In this document: positions 59,958 to 64,000 of the stretch, piece after piece
How the letters are laid out: each line of letters starts with the position of its first letter
How positions within the stretch are numbered: position 1 is the first letter of the stretch
Source: Leucoraja ocellata
Taxonomy: Eukaryota
Direction of reading: 5' to 3'
Length of the DNA stretch: 64,000 bases
Assembly: GCA_036785375.1 (NCBI GenBank)
Contig: JAWMAR010001602.1
Coordinates: 1 to 64,000, forward strand
Notes under the pieces: model-generated
The model's input: only the letters and a program-made list of their open reading frames with translations
Databases searched by the model: none
Told to the model about the DNA's origin: nothing
Made by a program: the position numbers and the translations under genes

Positions 59958-60387
59958 AAAACCGGCCGGGACTAAAAATAGGTTGCCGTTTTAAAAATCG
60001 GTAATTCTTTAGTCGAAGCCGGTTGCGATACTAGTTGAAGGTGGTTGCCGGAGGTTGCAGGTTGTGGAAGGTAAGACCTCCCTGGTGGAATAAAACTGGG
60101 TGAAAAAAAGGTCTTACCTTCCACTACCTGCAACCGTCGCAACCATCTTCAACTAGCATCGCAACCGACTTAGACTAAAAAATTACCGATTTTTAAAACG
60201 CAACCTATTTTTAGTCACGGTCGGTTTTGAATTTTTTTAAATAATCGCCGGAACATAAAAGAAGCGGAAACCACTTTTGACCATTAGGGAGACTGACAAA
60301 GACCTCCGGGAACCACACGGAAACCTTGGGTGGGTACGCAAAGTCTCCAGAGGTTTCTGTTCAGGTTTCCTAAGTGGGACAGGGGCA
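59958..60387. mobile_element. Partial MITE related to 11786-12006, with internal long inverted repeats
   Basis: Ends in ...GGTTTCCTAAGTGGGACAGGGGC; inverted arms at about 59960-60048 / 60139-60226. Confidence 0.75.
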
Positions 60388-60389
60388 TA

Positions 60390-61578
60390 ACAAGTAGAAT
60401 GGATAAGGGAGAGCCAGTGGATGTAGTGTATCTGAACTTTCAAAAAGGCCCTATGCAAGAGATTAGTGTGCAGAATTAGAGCACAGGTTATTGGGGGTAG
60501 GGTATTGACACGGATAGAGACCTGGTTGGCAGAAAGCAAAGAGTAGGAATTGACGGGTCCTTTTTAGAATGGCAGGGAGGGAGTAGTGGGTTGCTGCCAG
60601 GCAGTACTGGGACCCCAGTTAATTACAATATATATTAACGAATTAAACGATGGGAATTAAATGTAACATCTCCAAGTTTATGGATGACAAAGATAGGTGG
60701 CAGAGTGAACTGAGAGGAGGATGCTATGAGCCTGCAGGGTGACTTGGATGTGTTGGGTGATGGGCAGATGCAGCATAATGTGGATAAATGTGAGGTTATC
60801 CACTTTGGTGTCATAATCACAAAGGCAGATTAAGAAAAGGGGAGGTGCAACGAGACCTGGATGTGCTTGTACATCAGTCACTGAAAGTAAGCATGCAGGT
60901 ACAACAGGCAATGAAGAAAGCGAATGGCATGTCGGCCTTCATTGCGAGAGGATTTGAGATTAGGAGCAAGGAGGTCCTACTGCAGTTGTACAGAGCCCTG
61001 GTGAGGTAGCACCTGGAGTATTGTGTGCAGTTTTAGTCTCCTAATTGGAGGAAGGACATTCTTGCTATTGAGGGCGTGCAGTGGAGGTTTCCCCAGGTTG
61101 ATTCCCAGGATGGCGGGACTGACATATGATGAAGGAATGTGTTGACTGGGCTTGTATTCACTGGAATTTAGAAGGATGAGAGGGCATCTTGTAGAAACAT
61201 GTACAATTCTAAAGGGATTGGAGAGGCTAGATGCAGAAAAAATGTTCCCCTTGTTTGGGGAGTCCAGAACCAGGGGTCACAGTTTATGAATAGGGTGTAG
61301 GCTATTTATTACTGAGATGAGGAAAACCTTTTTCACCCAGAGAATTGTGAATCTGTGGACTTCTCTGCCACAGAAGGCAGTGGAGGCTAATATTTGTTGG
61401 ATGTTTTCAAGAGAGAGTTAGATTTAGCCCCAATGGCTAACAGAATCAAGGGATATGGGGAAGAAGCACGGATGGGTTACTGATTGTGGATGATCAGCCA
61501 CGATCATGTTGAATGGTGGTGCTGACTCGAAAGGCCAAATGCCCTAGTTCTGCACCTATTGTCTATGTTTCAATGTTT
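60390..61578 (+). mobile_element. Degenerate CR1 LINE 3' half
   Basis: MDKGEPVDVVYL...LEYCVQF...3' UTR. Confidence 0.85.
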
Positions 61579-62825
61579 CTCTGCCTCATCACCCACAACC
61601 AGGCCAGGATCATCATGGGTCAGCTTCAGGCTACTTTACTTCCATCGATAACTGAATACACATATTACATGTTGATACAAATCTCCCGCCTCACATTATC
61701 CTCAGCCTTTCAGACAGAACATGGTTTCCTTCACATTGACATTCGGGTATTGACAGTTCTGGGAGACGTGGGGAGAAGTTTAATAAAAGAGTGAGTTTGT
61801 ATCGAGAGAGTACTGTGTCAAGGAACTTCCCTCTCCCCATTCCAGCTTTCCGAATGTTTGCACAAACTACGAGTTCTGGATTTCTTTACCTCAAGTGAAC
61901 GTGGATATAATCTCCATTATATTATCAAATGATGCGCAGAAAACTATCTGAAACATTCACCATGCTTTTGAATCGGTTGAAGATTTGCATCACGCACGGC
62001 CTAATTCTCTACTGCGTTGGTAGGGACAATTAGATGCTGTTTCTGTCTGTCAGTGTTCTAATCTGGGACTTCTATTTCTGAGATTATTTACACCAATGCG
62101 TCGGTCGCGTCCAGCTGTGCTCACATCTAAAATAAACACAAAAGACAATGTTCCTCAATGTGTTTTTGTAACTGACCAGAGGGATTCTTTTCTGGCAACT
62201 GGCAGCAATAGTAAAGTGACCTGAGATTTCCCGGACAGGATTATCAGATTTTATTTTGTGCAAAGGGGACTTCCCACCAATACGATGGCAGAGAATAACG
62301 TGGCGTTTGTGTGAGGGCATTGCAAGTATGCGACACTACTTCTGGAGAGCAGGCTGCTGTTCCACAATGTCCATTTGCAAGACGATTGAAACCATTTGAA
62401 CTCAGCACCTTTCATCTTGACCAAAGGACACTTGGACTGACTCAAACATGCCGCATTATTTAACGTCCATAGATTTAACTGCAAAACGTTTATATTTCAA
62501 GATTGAAAATTGAAACATTTCAGATTGGGTCGCAATATGTACTTTCGAGAGTGTCAATGTCCTAATGTCCCCACAGCCACTCCGAGCTTTAAAATTGCTT
62601 CCCTGATCAGAATCTAGCGAAATATCAGGCAATATAAACACAACAGATTCCCATACGCTCTTTGCAATTTTAGCAAGGACGATTGTGGAATAAGCAACAG
62701 CTTGGACTGCAAATGACTATCTGTTTAGTGGGCCAATGTTTCAAGAAGATATGCGGGACAAAGTTTTGCGCACATAGTTGAGACTGGTAGCTGCCTTGGG
62801 TATCAGTGGACGTAGGTATGACAGT

Positions 62826-63881
62826 CAGGGACGTGCGGTCAGGGGAGGCAGGGCAGGCAGAGCCTCACCTGTCATACTCCCAATGAAAATAGCTGTTCAG
62901 AAAGGTAAAGAAAAATAATAATAAAATAAAATGAATATAAAGATTTTCCCACTGATCTGTTATAAATGTAATTTCTATATGAATCTAATCATGTTTTATA
63001 GTCAAAATCGCCACATTTTTCACAGCTCTGCTGCAAATACAGGGAGAGATGAGAGGTGAGGCAGCGGCGAGCTGAGCATCCCCTCTGATTGCGCAACCCC
63101 TCAGAAACTGCATGGAGCGCGGGCAATAAGCGAGTGCCTGATACTATCTTTATGTAATTCACCAAAGTAAAGTGTGTAAACCCCTTCATTACATGTCCTC
63201 GCCTTCCATAGTCCAGGTTACATATTTCACATGTAAAGATATTAAATTTATGCTCGCTGGTCTCACATTAAACTGCAATGTAAAAGCTCCAGGGGAGGCA
63301 GCGATCACATCTGCCTCACAAGGGGGCGTGTCTTGAGCTCAGTGAAGGAAGAGCGAGCGTCCTTATCTCAGCCCACGTTATAGGCGCTACCTCACTCTCC
63401 CTCCATGTTAGCTAGCTTCAGCAGTCGGGGAGTGCGGGGCCCGGGGCTGCTCTGTGTTGTTACTAGTTAGATCCCTCGAATTGTCAGAGCCGAGACATCA
63501 CTGCGCCGCCGTAAAGAAGGGTGCAATGGTGCAGTGAGGGAGGGGTTCGGCGGCGGTCAGAATGGGACGGCTGCGGGTTATAACGTNNNNNNNNNNNNNN
63601 NNNNNNNNNNNNNNNNNNNNNNNNNNNNNNNNNNNNNNNNNNNNNNNNNNNNNNNNNNNNNNNNNNNNNNNNNNNNNNNNNNNNNNNNNNNNNNNNNNNN
63701 NNNNNNNNNNNNNNNNNNNNNNNNNNNNNNNNNNNNNNNNNNNNNNNNNNNNNNNNNNNNNNNNNNNNNNCGGCTCCACCCCTCTCTCTCCTTGGGGAGA
63801 CGCGTTGATCAATACAGGGAGGGCCGGGCCACTGATACTAGCCAGAGCCTCCCCAGCCATTGACCTCACCGCACATCACTG
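62826..63881. mobile_element. Non-autonomous hAT-like DNA transposon (spans an assembly gap)
   Basis: Termini CAGGGACGTGCGGTCAGG / CAGTGATGTGCGGTGAGG; 8-bp TSD ATGACAGT (62818-62825 / 63882-63889). Confidence 0.82.
63587..63770. other. Assembly gap
   Basis: Run of N. Confidence 1.
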
Positions 63882-64000
63882 ATGACAGTAGCATCTAGAT
63901 ATGTGAGGAATGGAGAGATATAACACACGTACAAACAGAAACGATGAGTTTTACGTGGCACCATTTTCGGCAAGGATATTAAGGGCCGATGCGCTTGTTC

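Noticed and set aside
61580-62815. Possible second Ig segment or host gene near the octamer at 61983-61990
   Set aside because: No leader, V, RSS or coherent ORF found; it may be a very old LINE remnant, but this is not supportable by eye.

Overview
Eukaryotic, repeat-dense genomic DNA from a cartilaginous fish, probably a skate or ray (inferred from the Ig cluster layout and repeat families). The left end holds one elasmobranch-type IgM heavy-chain cluster on the minus strand: leader-V-D1-D2-J-Cmu1, with the remaining C exons beyond position 1. All six RSSs are recognisable and correctly spaced. However, V has the conserved FR2 Trp changed to Leu, and Cmu1 carries two +1 frameshifts, so the cluster is a probable pseudogene or an assembly error. 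The rest is mostly nested transposable elements: CR1, Rex1/Babar, Crack/L2-like, L1/Tx1, HERO, Penelope-like with hammerhead-like cores, V-SINE/HE1-type SINEs, a Helitron and MITEs. The most notable structure is a 13.3-kb P-element-like DNA transposon (43791-57110; CAAAG...CTTTG termini, 8-bp TSD, decayed two-exon THAP domain). It contains a tandem pair of DIRS tyrosine-recombinase retrotransposons. One is fully intact (gag, RT-RNaseH-MT, YR, perfect ITR/ICR) and sits in one arm of an AT-rich palindrome. The other has near-perfect termini but a decayed and shuffled interior with an embedded U2 snRNA fragment, consistent with a non-autonomous partner. There are two assembly gaps (10961-11505, 63587-63770). 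Family names come from recalled motifs, not database searches.
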